Source of the DNA: an uncultured Paludibacter sp.
Lineage (GTDB): Bacteria > Bacteroidota > Bacteroidia > Bacteroidales > Paludibacteraceae
Direction: 5' to 3'
DNA: 55,938 nucleotides
Assembly: GCA_964396705.1 (NCBI GenBank)
Contig: CAYNHC010000001.1
Span: forward strand, 1-55,938
Shown in pieces: positions 1 to 8,588 of this stretch. The notes under the pieces are model-generated. The model did no database searches, was not told the origin of the DNA, and saw only the letters and a list, made by a program, of their open reading frames with translations. The position numbers were made by a program, and so were the translations under genes. Position 1 is the stretch's first letter, and each line of letters starts with the position of its first letter.

Positions 1-461
1 AATACAGGGATGGTTACTTTCACAGTTTTCATTTTGTCGAAAACGGAATTACCTAATAGTAACCGTGGTTCGCGGTGGAGAGGTTGCCATGCTTCCCACT
101 CGTAAATCATTTTCCATAGAGCCGGGCGTATAAGGTCTTTTTGGGTGCCTCCAGAATTAATTAATCCGTTGAACCATTCTTGTTTAAATGAATCAATACC
201 TTTTGCTTTCAAATCTGCAATTTCCTTGTTGCGTTTTTCAATCTCCTCGGTTGTCCATGGTTTATCATGTCCGTTTCAGCGAAAGATATTACCGCTTGCC
301 ATAAATCATTTTTCACCGAAACCATCAAAGTTGTAAAAGGGGAATCGATTGATATTGAATGTCTTCCACGTGGCGGATTTGTAGGTGTGTTGAAAGTGAG
401 TTCTTCGAAATAAAGAATCCAACGCATTTATAAGGTGAGTGCTGTTTAGGTCATTATAGAA
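1..461 (-). pseudogene. 5'-truncated/degenerate CDS, probably an alpha/beta hydrolase, running off the left edge
   Basis: One minus-strand frame reads FYNDL...FDGFGEK*FMASGNIFR*NGHDKPWTTEEIEKRNKEIADLKAKGIDSFKQEWFNGLINSGGTQKDLIRPALWKMIYEWEAWQPLHREPRLLLG... and is open from 275 to the window edge. It has two in-frame TGA (308-306, 278-276) and no proper N-terminus. The family call is from memory of Bacteroidota alpha/beta hydrolases. Confidence 0.5.
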
Positions 462-464
462 TTA

Positions 465-512
465 TTCAAGCCCCGGAATTCAGGTGTTTAAACCTGAATT
501 CCGGGGCTTGAA
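465..512 (-). terminator. 21-bp perfect inverted repeat downstream of the GH31 gene; probable terminator/3' stabiliser
   Basis: TTCAAGCCCCGGAATTCAGGT (465-485), loop GTTTAA, ACCTGAATTCCGGGGCTTGAA (492-512); 37 nt after the stop of 550..5073. The U-tract is weak. Confidence 0.7.
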
Positions 513-549
513 GTTTTCAGAAAAGTGATATTCTCCTCTTGATTACAAA

Positions 550-3500
550 TTATTGTATCGCTATTTTATTGGTATATATCTTATTGTTTGTTTTCAATGT
601 AACAATATAAACTCCTGTTCCAATTCTGTATTTGTCAAGATTAATAACATACTTATTCTCGCCAGTTTCTGTTGCAACGTTCTTCTGTAACAAGCTTCTA
701 CCACCTAAATCAATGATTGAGATTTCTGCTTTGCCACTTCCGGTTGAAACGTAGTTAATCTTCACTGTTTTGTCAGTATTGTTTACGCTTACCTTAAAGT
801 TGTTTTTAGAACCGGTTACTTTTGTTAGTCCTGATATTAAATAAGATATTACTACCTGACTACCTATGTATTGAACCGTTGTGTCGCATTTAACCGGGCT
901 ATTTACTCCTGTTCCATAATTTTCAGCTACCCATACAATTTTGAAGTTGCGGTTTACAGGCATGTTATTGTAACTTCCTGTGCGAGCACCAATCGTAAGT
1001 TCTTTATTAGCTTCATTGTATGTGAATGGAATAACAGAATAATTGCCTTTTTTGTAATTATTATTGTCTCCTTCGTCTTCGTACAGTGTGAAGCTACCAT
1101 CTGCACCTTTGTAAACACGAATTTCCGTTGGATCAATCGCTTGAGTGGCATACATAATGTCTGGTCCCATTGGAATAATAGATCCTGCCTTCACAAAAAC
1201 GGGTATTCTGGAAATTGGAGCATCTGCGTTAATTGTTTGGCTACCGGCATATTGTTTGCCTGTCCAGAAATCGTACCAGTTACCTGCTGGTAAATACACA
1301 TTTCGTTTAGATACTCCTGCCGAAGAAACCGGATTAATCAACATTGACTGTCCAAACATAAACTGGTTATCAATTGATTTTACATTTTCATCTGTGCGGT
1401 AATCCATGATAAGGTGACGCATGATGGTATAGTTCTCGTTGGTCACTTTCCATGCATTAGAATAGATATAAGGCATCAAGCGGTAACGCAATCTATCGGT
1501 TGCAGCCAGGTTATCTTTTGTAGCCTGAGTAAAAGAAACAGAAACCAATGATTTTTCGCCCTGACCGTGTATTCTGAAAATTGGGCAAAATGCTCCGTAC
1601 TGGAACCAGCGGATCATCAATTCGTTATTTGCAACTGTTGCCCAATCGGTGTAGAAATATCCGCCTATATCAGTTGTCCAGTAAGGTATTCCGCTTAAAG
1701 CACAGTTGAGACCTCCCGATAGTTGATCCTGGAATTTGGTCCAATTACTTGCAATATCGCCCGACCAAACTGCTGTAGCATAACGCTGTTGTCCTGGGAA
1801 AGCTGAACGGCTTAGTACAAATTGTCGCTTGGTTGGCATATCTGCACTCCAACCATTGAAGAAACCGGCAGTATGCTGAATTGGATATGTGTTGTAATAA
1901 GTAACTCCCGAACCCTTGGCAGTCATGAAGTTTTTTCTGTCAAATCCATCCGGGTAGCCTTGTGGCTCATCGTTATCTGCCCACCAAGCATCCCAGCCAT
2001 ATTTGCTGAACAATTGGCTATTTACCTGATTCCAGTAGATTTTCTTAGCAGCATCGTTGTGCGGATCGTAGAAATGGTGAGCTCCATTACTTGGATACAA
2101 AGCACCAATGGCATTAAACTGCTGATAATTGGTAGTACTGCTATGGAAAACAGGCCAAATTGAAATCATGGTATGCAAATTCATTGCATGTAATGAGTCA
2201 ATCATCGCCTTGGGATTAGGGTATTTGGTAGCATCCATTTTATTAGATCCCCACAAATCGGGTGTCCAGTAATCCCAGTCCTGCACGATGCAGTCGAGTG
2301 GTAGGTTTGCAGCTCGGTATTTATTTGCCAGTGTCAGGATTTCTGCTTGAGTTGAATATTTATCTTTCGACTGGAATAACCCGTATGCCCATTTAGGGAA
2401 CAACGGTGCTTTACCCGTGGCGGTACGATATTGATAAACCACGCTATCCAATTCGGGACCGTACATAAAATAGTAATCCACCATATTGCCACTCTCGGAG
2501 CTGAACTGATACTTCGTATTTGAAGCTGCATTTCCTGCAAATTGTGTCAACGAATAGTTATCCCACAAAAGTCCATATCCCAATGAAGATTCCATGAACG
2601 GCAATGCGATTTCGCCATTTTGCTGATCCAGCGACAAAGTCTGACCTTTGTAGTTCATGATTCTTTGCTGATGTTGCCCTAATCCGTAAATAGCTTCTGT
2701 AGCGGGAGAATTGAATGCAGCCACACAAGTGTTTGTGTTGGTTGTCAATACAGTGGCCGGGGTAATTGTTTTTTGTGATTCTGATAAAATAAGGTTGCCC
2801 GTTTTGTCGTAATAGCTAACCAACGAACTGTATTTCGATACTTTGACAGTTAGACTTGTTGTATTAATAATAACGTAATCTATATCTTCGGTAACAGTAA
2901 AATCAGATTTTGTCCAAACTTTATTTACTATGATGGTGTCCTTCTTCGGTAAATTTGAACTCAATGCATAGCTGACCTGAATAATTTTGTCGTTGCATAC
3001 CTGAAGTCTCAAAACACCTTGCGTTAACGTGAAGTTGACTCCCATGGAATCGGTAACAAAAGACGAAACTGCGAAAGGTGAAGATGTAAGAACCGTATAA
3101 TTAACCGTGTAGGTTCTAGTTGTAGTTCCGTCAATTGATGTTACAACAATGGTTGATGTGCCGCTACCGCTTGATACATCAACTGCGCCCGCGCCTGTAA
3201 CCGTTTGTCCGTTTACGGAAGCAACAACGGTTGGAGTAACCGTTTTTGTACCATAAGGTAAGGTGGCGGTATAAGTAGTTGTGGTTGGAGCAAAGGCAGC
3301 ATCAAGCGTTCCCACGCTTAATTCAATATTGTCTAAGGTAGTAACGTTGGATACTTCGGCAAGAGTAAAATTATCAAATTTAAAGAACCCTATATCATTT
3401 TTTGAAGATACCGAAGTGAACGAAAATCCCTGGGTTGTACCTGAACCACTCACTTTAAAGCCTATTTTGAGGTTCCCATCTGTTACTTGAGTTACTACAG

Positions 3501-5073
3501 ATAATTTTTTGAAAGGTCCGTTTTCAGCGGTCGATTCATTGTAACCTCCGAACGAATAAGTTTCACCCAATGACGTTAGAATAGCGAGGTTAGCCGCAGA
3601 GTAATTGGTATTAGTACTTGCACCGTAAAGCTGCGAAGCCGAATTTGCAAACAACCGCTGGTTGGTTATGCGGGTTGCGCTTACTGTTGCAAGTGCAGTG
3701 ACCTTGTAATATCCGTTAGGAACAGTCATAGTTTGAGAGCATTCGGCATCTCCAATAGGAGCGTTCCAGATTCCGCAAACGTACGAACCGTTTTTGGTGG
3801 CATCACCATCCATGTTTGGACCTAACCATGTGTAACCTGTGGTTCCTGTCCATGTCCAACCATTGAGATTGCCGGTTTCAAAACTTGGGTTTGTAAGATA
3901 GGCAATTTCATAATTGATTGTATAGGTCTTTGTCGTATTATCTTCGGCTGTCACCACAATAGTTGAGGTGCCTTTTCCATTTACAAGAGTTACCTGACCA
4001 TCTCCTGACACAGAAGCTTTAGAATCATTCTTTATGGCTGTAGGAGTAACCGTGGTTGTACCTATCGGCAGTGAAACGGTGTAAGAAGTCACAGATGCAT
4101 TAAAGGCCGGACTTAAAGTTCCTACACTGGTTGTTAATGCTGACAATGTGGCATCATTCGATTTCGTCAAAACGGTATAATTAATAGTATATGTTTTGGT
4201 GGTAATTCCATCAAGAGCTGTTACTGTGATAGTTGACATACCCGTCCCGCTTGAAACATCAACCGATCCATTTCCTGAAACAGCCTCTCCTTCAATTGAA
4301 GATACAACTGTAGGAGTAACCGTAGTTGTGCCAACGGGTAGAGTTGCCGTATAAGTTGTTGTGCTTGAATTAAATACCGGACTCAAAGAGCCAGAGCTTA
4401 ACGTGATATTGTCGAGCGTAGATACAGTCGTTACTTCGGTCAATGTGAAGTTGTCGAATTTAAAGAAACCTGCATCTCCTTTTGAAGAATATGAGAAATC
4501 ATATCCCAACGCATTGCCTTTACCATTCACACGAAATCCTAATTTCAGGTTTCCATCAGTTACCTGTGTTATAACAGAGAGTGTCTTAAACGGACCATTT
4601 TCTGCCGTTGACTCAGCATAACCACCAAACGAGTAAGTCTCGGTTGCTCCAAGAATGGCAAGGTTAGCAGCTGAATAAGCAGGATTGTTACTTGCTCCAT
4701 AAAGCACAGATTTAGTGGTGATGCCTGAAGCTGTAAACAGTCGCTGAGTCGTTAATCGATTATTGCTTACTGTGGCAAGAGCTGTTACCTTGTAATAGCC
4801 ATTTGGCAAGCCGAAAAGGGCTTGAGAACACTCTGCATCACCAATGGAAGCATTCCAAATTCCGCAAACATACGAACCGTTTTTGGTGGCATCGCCATCT
4901 GTGTTTGGACCTAACCATGAGTAACCTGAGGTTCCGATCCAAGTCCACCCCGTGAGATTCCCTGCTTCGAAACTTGGGTTTGTGATTAAACTGGTCTTGT
5001 CAGTTTGTGCCTTGACGCTAAACAAAGCAAAAATTGCAAGAAAAATTGCAATGAAAGTTGTTTTTTTCTTCAT
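550..5073 (-). CDS. T9SS-secreted multimodular GH31 glycosidase (alpha-xylosidase-like nucleophile motif) with duplicated CBM-like modules and cadherin-like beta-sandwich domains
   Basis: Signal peptide ...SVKA/Q; GH31 motifs YGLGQHQ, PKWAYG, DCIVQDWDYW, WWADNDEP (nucleophile), WSGDI (acid/base), DIGGY, FRIHG, LYEDEGD; three TLxxITLSxGxLxPxF...Y cadherin-like repeats; C-terminal IIDLGGR...GVYIVTL...KIAIQ T9SS domain. Confidence 0.92.
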   Translation of the reverse strand: MKKKTTFIAIFLAIFALFSVKAQTDKTSLITNPSFEAGNLTGWTWIGTSGYSWLGPNTDGDATKNGSYVCGIWNASIGDAECSQALFGLPNGYYKVTALATVSNNRLTTQRLFTASGITTKSVLYGASNNPAYSAANLAILGATETYSFGGYAESTAENGPFKTLSVITQVTDGNLKLGFRVNGKGNALGYDFSYSSKGDAGFFKFDNFTLTEVTTVSTLDNITLSSGSLSPVFNSSTTTYTATLPVGTTTVTPTVVSSIEGEAVSGNGSVDVSSGTGMSTITVTALDGITTKTYTINYTVLTKSNDATLSALTTSVGTLSPAFNASVTSYTVSLPIGTTTVTPTAIKNDSKASVSGDGQVTLVNGKGTSTIVVTAEDNTTKTYTINYEIAYLTNPSFETGNLNGWTWTGTTGYTWLGPNMDGDATKNGSYVCGIWNAPIGDAECSQTMTVPNGYYKVTALATVSATRITNQRLFANSASQLYGASTNTNYSAANLAILTSLGETYSFGGYNESTAENGPFKKLSVVTQVTDGNLKIGFKVSGSGTTQGFSFTSVSSKNDIGFFKFDNFTLAEVSNVTTLDNIELSVGTLDAAFAPTTTTYTATLPYGTKTVTPTVVASVNGQTVTGAGAVDVSSGSGTSTIVVTSIDGTTTRTYTVNYTVLTSSPFAVSSFVTDSMGVNFTLTQGVLRLQVCNDKIIQVSYALSSNLPKKDTIIVNKVWTKSDFTVTEDIDYVIINTTSLTVKVSKYSSLVSYYDKTGNLILSESQKTITPATVLTTNTNTCVAAFNSPATEAIYGLGQHQQRIMNYKGQTLSLDQQNGEIALPFMESSLGYGLLWDNYSLTQFAGNAASNTKYQFSSESGNMVDYYFMYGPELDSVVYQYRTATGKAPLFPKWAYGLFQSKDKYSTQAEILTLANKYRAANLPLDCIVQDWDYWTPDLWGSNKMDATKYPNPKAMIDSLHAMNLHTMISIWPVFHSSTTNYQQFNAIGALYPSNGAHHFYDPHNDAAKKIYWNQVNSQLFSKYGWDAWWADNDEPQGYPDGFDRKNFMTAKGSGVTYYNTYPIQHTAGFFNGWSADMPTKRQFVLSRSAFPGQQRYATAVWSGDIASNWTKFQDQLSGGLNCALSGIPYWTTDIGGYFYTDWATVANNELMIRWFQYGAFCPIFRIHGQGEKSLVSVSFTQATKDNLAATDRLRYRLMPYIYSNAWKVTNENYTIMRHLIMDYRTDENVKSIDNQFMFGQSMLINPVSSAGVSKRNVYLPAGNWYDFWTGKQYAGSQTINADAPISRIPVFVKAGSIIPMGPDIMYATQAIDPTEIRVYKGADGSFTLYEDEGDNNNYKKGNYSVIPFTYNEANKELTIGARTGSYNNMPVNRNFKIVWVAENYGTGVNSPVKCDTTVQYIGSQVVISYLISGLTKVTGSKNNFKVSVNNTDKTVKINYVSTGSGKAEISIIDLGGRSLLQKNVATETGENKYVINLDKYRIGTGVYIVTLKTNNKIYTNKIAIQ
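3090..4990 (-). repeat. Intragenic duplication of a ~270-aa CBM-like + cadherin-like unit (copies ~4170-4990 and ~3090-3900)
   Basis: Both copies contain TNPSFExGNLxGWTW, DGDATKNGSYVCGIWNA, GYYKVTALATVS, ESTAENGPFK, QVTDGNLK, GFFKFDNFTL, TLDNI and VDVSSG. Confidence 0.92.
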
Positions 5074-5529
5074 GTATTTTAAATTTTAAAGATTTGTTTG
5101 AAATATGATTAGATTTCCAACCTACGTTTGACGGTTAGAAATGTTTTAATAACCCAAATTAGAGTGAAGGAAATCCAGATAATTATCGGGAGCAGCATAA
5201 TTTTAAATATTGTGCTTGGCAAGCCACCTCTCAAAACTCCATTAATCAAGAGATTATAATCCTTCACTTCTGCATACAATGTGCAAATATCATAAATCCA
5301 AACCAATTATTAGTAAAAACTCCAATCAAATAAATACCATATTCTAATTTGAAACATAATAATGTTGATATTATAGCAAATTAAGTGGAAAATGTTATGT
5401 GGTTAAGCTTTGGAATCCATAGGTACATAGATTGCTTTATATTAAGGAGTTGGAATTGCCTGCGACCGACTCTATATTTAAAATGGAAGAGTATAGTCCA
5501 ATGTTTGATTTCAAATTTGATAAGTTTCT

Positions 5530-6171
5530 TTATTTTATGACTTGTTTCTTTGGTCTGAATACTTTCCACCCCAATGAAACAACAAGGGTATTTGCTGATA
5601 AATTATCGATTGTATGGGAATTCAGTTGAGTGTGATACATATCGTGGATTAAATTGTAACGGACATCAAATGAAAATGGCGAGAAATCGAATCCTAAGCC
5701 TGTTTCAAATCCCACTTGTATAGGTGTAAAGGTAGATATTAAATCTGAAATAATGGTACTCCCATAGGTATGAAAGTAGGTAGGTTCTACCGTCGATCTG
5801 GCATTCAGCCTAAGTTTTGGTCCTGCGAAAACCCGAAAATTCGCATTGTTTGAATTTTTAATAAAATAACCAAAGAGTAATGGAATGTCTAAAGTACTGA
5901 CAGTCGCTGTTTTGTTGAAATCTACCGTTTGCATATGATTGTCAAACAGTGTTAAGGTATAATCTTTTTGCCCCACCGAATACAAAATTTCAGGTTGAAG
6001 ATAAAACTTATTAAAGTTGATTCGGGTAAATGCTCCAAAATTGTAAATACTGGATGATTCTGAAGCAGTTTTCAGTGAATATAAATTTGGAATCTGAGAA
6101 CTTACATTATTCATGCTGAGCGAAGTATTGTAAGCCGCCTTAATTAACGTGTTTTTACCAATCTTTATCAT
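5530..6171 (-). CDS. Outer-membrane beta-barrel (porin-family/PorT-like) protein, possibly 5'-truncated or decaying
   Basis: Alternating beta-strand motifs FGAFTRI, FYLQPEILYS, LDIPLLFGY, RVFAGP, GLGFDF, FDVRY, VSLGWKVF. No signal peptide, and 8 extra residues follow the expected terminal Phe. Confidence 0.65.
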   Translation of the reverse strand: MIKIGKNTLIKAAYNTSLSMNNVSSQIPNLYSLKTASESSSIYNFGAFTRINFNKFYLQPEILYSVGQKDYTLTLFDNHMQTVDFNKTATVSTLDIPLLFGYFIKNSNNANFRVFAGPKLRLNARSTVEPTYFHTYGSTIISDLISTFTPIQVGFETGLGFDFSPFSFDVRYNLIHDMYHTQLNSHTIDNLSANTLVVSLGWKVFRPKKQVIK

Positions 6172-6483
6172 GTCAATAAAATGACATTTTATATGGCGTG
6201 ATACTTGAAATTGTTAGCTTGAGGAAACCAAGACTTTTGTCCGAAAATGTCAAAGAGGGTATGAAACTAAAAATTGCTTCCGCCGCTTTTTCTCTTGAAG
6301 TAGAAAAACTATTTATCTCTAAAAGTATTATTGTATCTTTATGTCGCAGTTTATTTATTTGTGTATTGACATAAAGTTACTAAAATTCAGTGACTTTACC
6401 AAAAAAAAATGCTGCTTTTTTTAGTGTAAATCAGTAAGTTGTTTGACTTGACTCGCAAAAAGTTGAATAAATAATATTATCAC

Positions 6484-6510
6484 TGTCCAGATTTTATATT
6501 TTTTTTCTCA
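6484..6510 (+). promoter_or_regulatory. Putative ECF sigma promoter, copy 1 (autoregulatory, upstream of the sigma gene)
   Basis: TGTCCAGAT-N13-TCTCA, ending 48 nt before ATG 6559. Confidence 0.8.
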
Positions 6511-6558
6511 TATTAAAATAAGTTCCGATAAAAATCACATATTTCCCAAAATACTATA

Positions 6559-7191
6559 ATGGAATCACGAAAGTTGAATCAAATTTTAATTTGGACCAAA
6601 TTTATTGAAGATGGGGATACTATATCCTTGTCTCTTATTTATAAAGAAAATTATGATTTGTTGTACGATTATGGTTTGAGATATACTTCGGATGTAAAGA
6701 TAGTTGAAGATTCAATTCAGGAGATTTTTATTAGTATTATTAAATATAGAAAGAAAATAGGGATTGTAAAAAATTTACAAGGATATTTGATTTCAAGTTT
6801 TAGACGACAACTATTCCATAGTATTGAAAGTACAAAAAGAAACATCTCCATTGACCAAATACCTGAAAGTGCTTTCGACTATTTTAAGAGTCCTGATAAT
6901 GAAATTATGGACAAAGAGGATGTGGAGTTTCTTCATACTACAATAAATGAGTGCATAAACAATCTTACTAATAAGCAAAAGGAAATAATGTTTTTGCGGT
7001 TTGAGCGAGATATTCCCTACGAAGAAATAGCAACCATATTAAATATATCAGTTGAGTCGTGCTATAAATCAATTTACCGTACAATTAAGGCCATACGTTC
7101 AGCTGCAGAAAAAAAAATAGTAAACAGTGGAAAATTAATTCTTGGCTTTTCGTCTGATCAAATTTCGAAAATGAAATCAAGAGGTAATTGA
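6559..7191 (+). CDS. ECF RNA polymerase sigma-70 factor
   Basis: Region 2 (LYDYGLRY...VEDSIQEIFISI...YLISSFR) and region 4 (LTNKQKEIMFLRFERDIPYEEIATILNISVES); adjacent to FecR and SusC. Confidence 0.95.
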   Translation: MESRKLNQILIWTKFIEDGDTISLSLIYKENYDLLYDYGLRYTSDVKIVEDSIQEIFISIIKYRKKIGIVKNLQGYLISSFRRQLFHSIESTKRNISIDQIPESAFDYFKSPDNEIMDKEDVEFLHTTINECINNLTNKQKEIMFLRFERDIPYEEIATILNISVESCYKSIYRTIKAIRSAAEKKIVNSGKLILGFSSDQISKMKSRGN

Positions 7192-7272
7192 ACTTCATGT
7201 TTAAAACTTTAATAACGGTTGGGCATCACAATTTTAAAAAAAAGCATTGTAGAAAATAAAAAAAAATATTTC

Positions 7273-7299
7273 TGTCCAGATAGTTTATTATCTCTCTCA
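7273..7299 (+). promoter_or_regulatory. Putative ECF sigma promoter, copy 2 (upstream of anti-sigma-susC-susD)
   Basis: TGTCCAGAT-N13-TCTCA, ending 27 nt before ATG 7327. Confidence 0.8.
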
Positions 7300-7326
7300 T
7301 ATAAATAGAAACAACAACAAAGAAAA

Positions 7327-8511
7327 ATGAAAACTGAGCATTTTACTAATTATACATTTGAAGATTTTTTGTTCGACAAAGATTTTAAAGCATTAGTTCA
7401 AAATCTTGATGAAGCCGAAAATTTAAAAAATCTTATTGAAAGTCTTCCAGAGAAACGATATGAAATAAATTTGGCAATTGAAGTTATTCGGGGCTTACAG
7501 GTCACGAAGTTTCAACAAAGCAGTCAAAGAAAAGACGAATTATGGTTAAAAGTTATAGCAAAACCAAAGAAACGTTTCCAACTATCATTTATTAAATATG
7601 CTGCTGCAGTTCTTATTTTGATTGGAGCGGGAAGTTTCTTTTATTTCTTTAGCACCGACAACTCGAAATCAGATCTTGCAGTTGATACAAATATTTTAAC
7701 CAAAACTATAATTGGCAATGAGAACGATGCTCTTTTAGTACTTTCAAATGGAGAAACAATCAACATTAGCAGCAAAGAATCAACGGTAGATTATTCGAAT
7801 GATGGTTCAAAAGTGAAAGTAAACGATTCGAAAACTGTCGGACAAGGTATATCTGCAGGAGGCGTTAATAAAATGATAGTTCCTTATGGTAAACGATCAA
7901 CCCTCACACTGTCGGATGGTACAAAAGTTTGGCTTAATTCAGGTTCTACATTAATATTTCCTCCGGCTTTTAGTGGAGATTTACGTGAAGTGCGATTGAT
8001 AGGTGAAGGATTTTTTGACGTGACTCACAATAAGTTAAAACCATTTTATGTCAACACCGATGCATTTAAAATTAAAGTATATGGGACACGATTTGATATT
8101 CAATCTTATACACAAGATAATGTTAGTAGCATAATTTTAGTTGAAGGTAGTGTGAGTATGAAGTCAAATAACAGTACAAGCGATAAAGAGGTGTTCCTTA
8201 CACCAAATCAACGCGCAACTTTAGTAGATGGTGCTAATAAAATTGAAATTGGAGAGATTGAGAATGCGGATGAATATACTTCATGGACAGAAGGATACTT
8301 AAGCTTCTCGGATGAAAACATATCGCATCTCTTAAAACAGGTTTCGCGATACTATAATGTGGATATCAATATTGCAATAACAAAAAATATCGATAAGGTA
8401 TCTGGAAAATTAGATTTAAAAGATGACATTGAAAAGGTTTTAGATGGTATTGCATTTATTTCGAATACAAAATACAGAAAAATTGGAGATAAATATGAGT
8501 TTTATCAGTAA
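7327..8511 (+). CDS. FecR-family anti-sigma factor
   Basis: Single TM helix (KYAAAVLILIGAGSFFYF); FecR motifs VPYGKRSTLTLSDGTKVWLNSGS, GEGFFDV, VYGTRFD, LVEGSV; C-terminal LKQVSRYYNV domain. Confidence 0.95.
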   Translation: MKTEHFTNYTFEDFLFDKDFKALVQNLDEAENLKNLIESLPEKRYEINLAIEVIRGLQVTKFQQSSQRKDELWLKVIAKPKKRFQLSFIKYAAAVLILIGAGSFFYFFSTDNSKSDLAVDTNILTKTIIGNENDALLVLSNGETINISSKESTVDYSNDGSKVKVNDSKTVGQGISAGGVNKMIVPYGKRSTLTLSDGTKVWLNSGSTLIFPPAFSGDLREVRLIGEGFFDVTHNKLKPFYVNTDAFKIKVYGTRFDIQSYTQDNVSSIILVEGSVSMKSNNSTSDKEVFLTPNQRATLVDGANKIEIGEIENADEYTSWTEGYLSFSDENISHLLKQVSRYYNVDINIAITKNIDKVSGKLDLKDDIEKVLDGIAFISNTKYRKIGDKYEFYQ

Positions 8512-8588
8512 GAGCTAATTTAACATAGTATTTTTTTTAAAGATTATAGCCAAATTTATTAATACACATAAAAAAAATTACGTTAGTC

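Noticed and set aside
276-308. Two in-frame TGA at Trp-compatible positions, suggesting stop-codon recoding
   Set aside because: TGA ends apparently complete genes elsewhere (e.g. 7191, 39762) and all long ORFs are open under the standard code; pseudogenisation is simpler.
145-427. ORF-track calls 145..336 (+) and 209..427 (-)
   Set aside because: They are alternative-frame shadows of the more protein-like relic frame.
1261-1290. TGTCCAGA inside the GH31 gene
   Set aside because: No TCTCA box at the expected distance, and it is antisense within a CDS.
5248-5278. Minus-strand TATGCAGA...TCTCT upstream of the divergent GH31 as a seventh promoter copy
   Set aside because: Several mismatches over both boxes; too degenerate to claim. 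Whether this gene belongs to the regulon is unresolved.
5109-5629. Small ORFs 5109..5306, 5381..5569 and 5432..5629
   Set aside because: No recognisable motifs, AT-rich intergenic composition or overlap with the barrel gene; there is no positive support.
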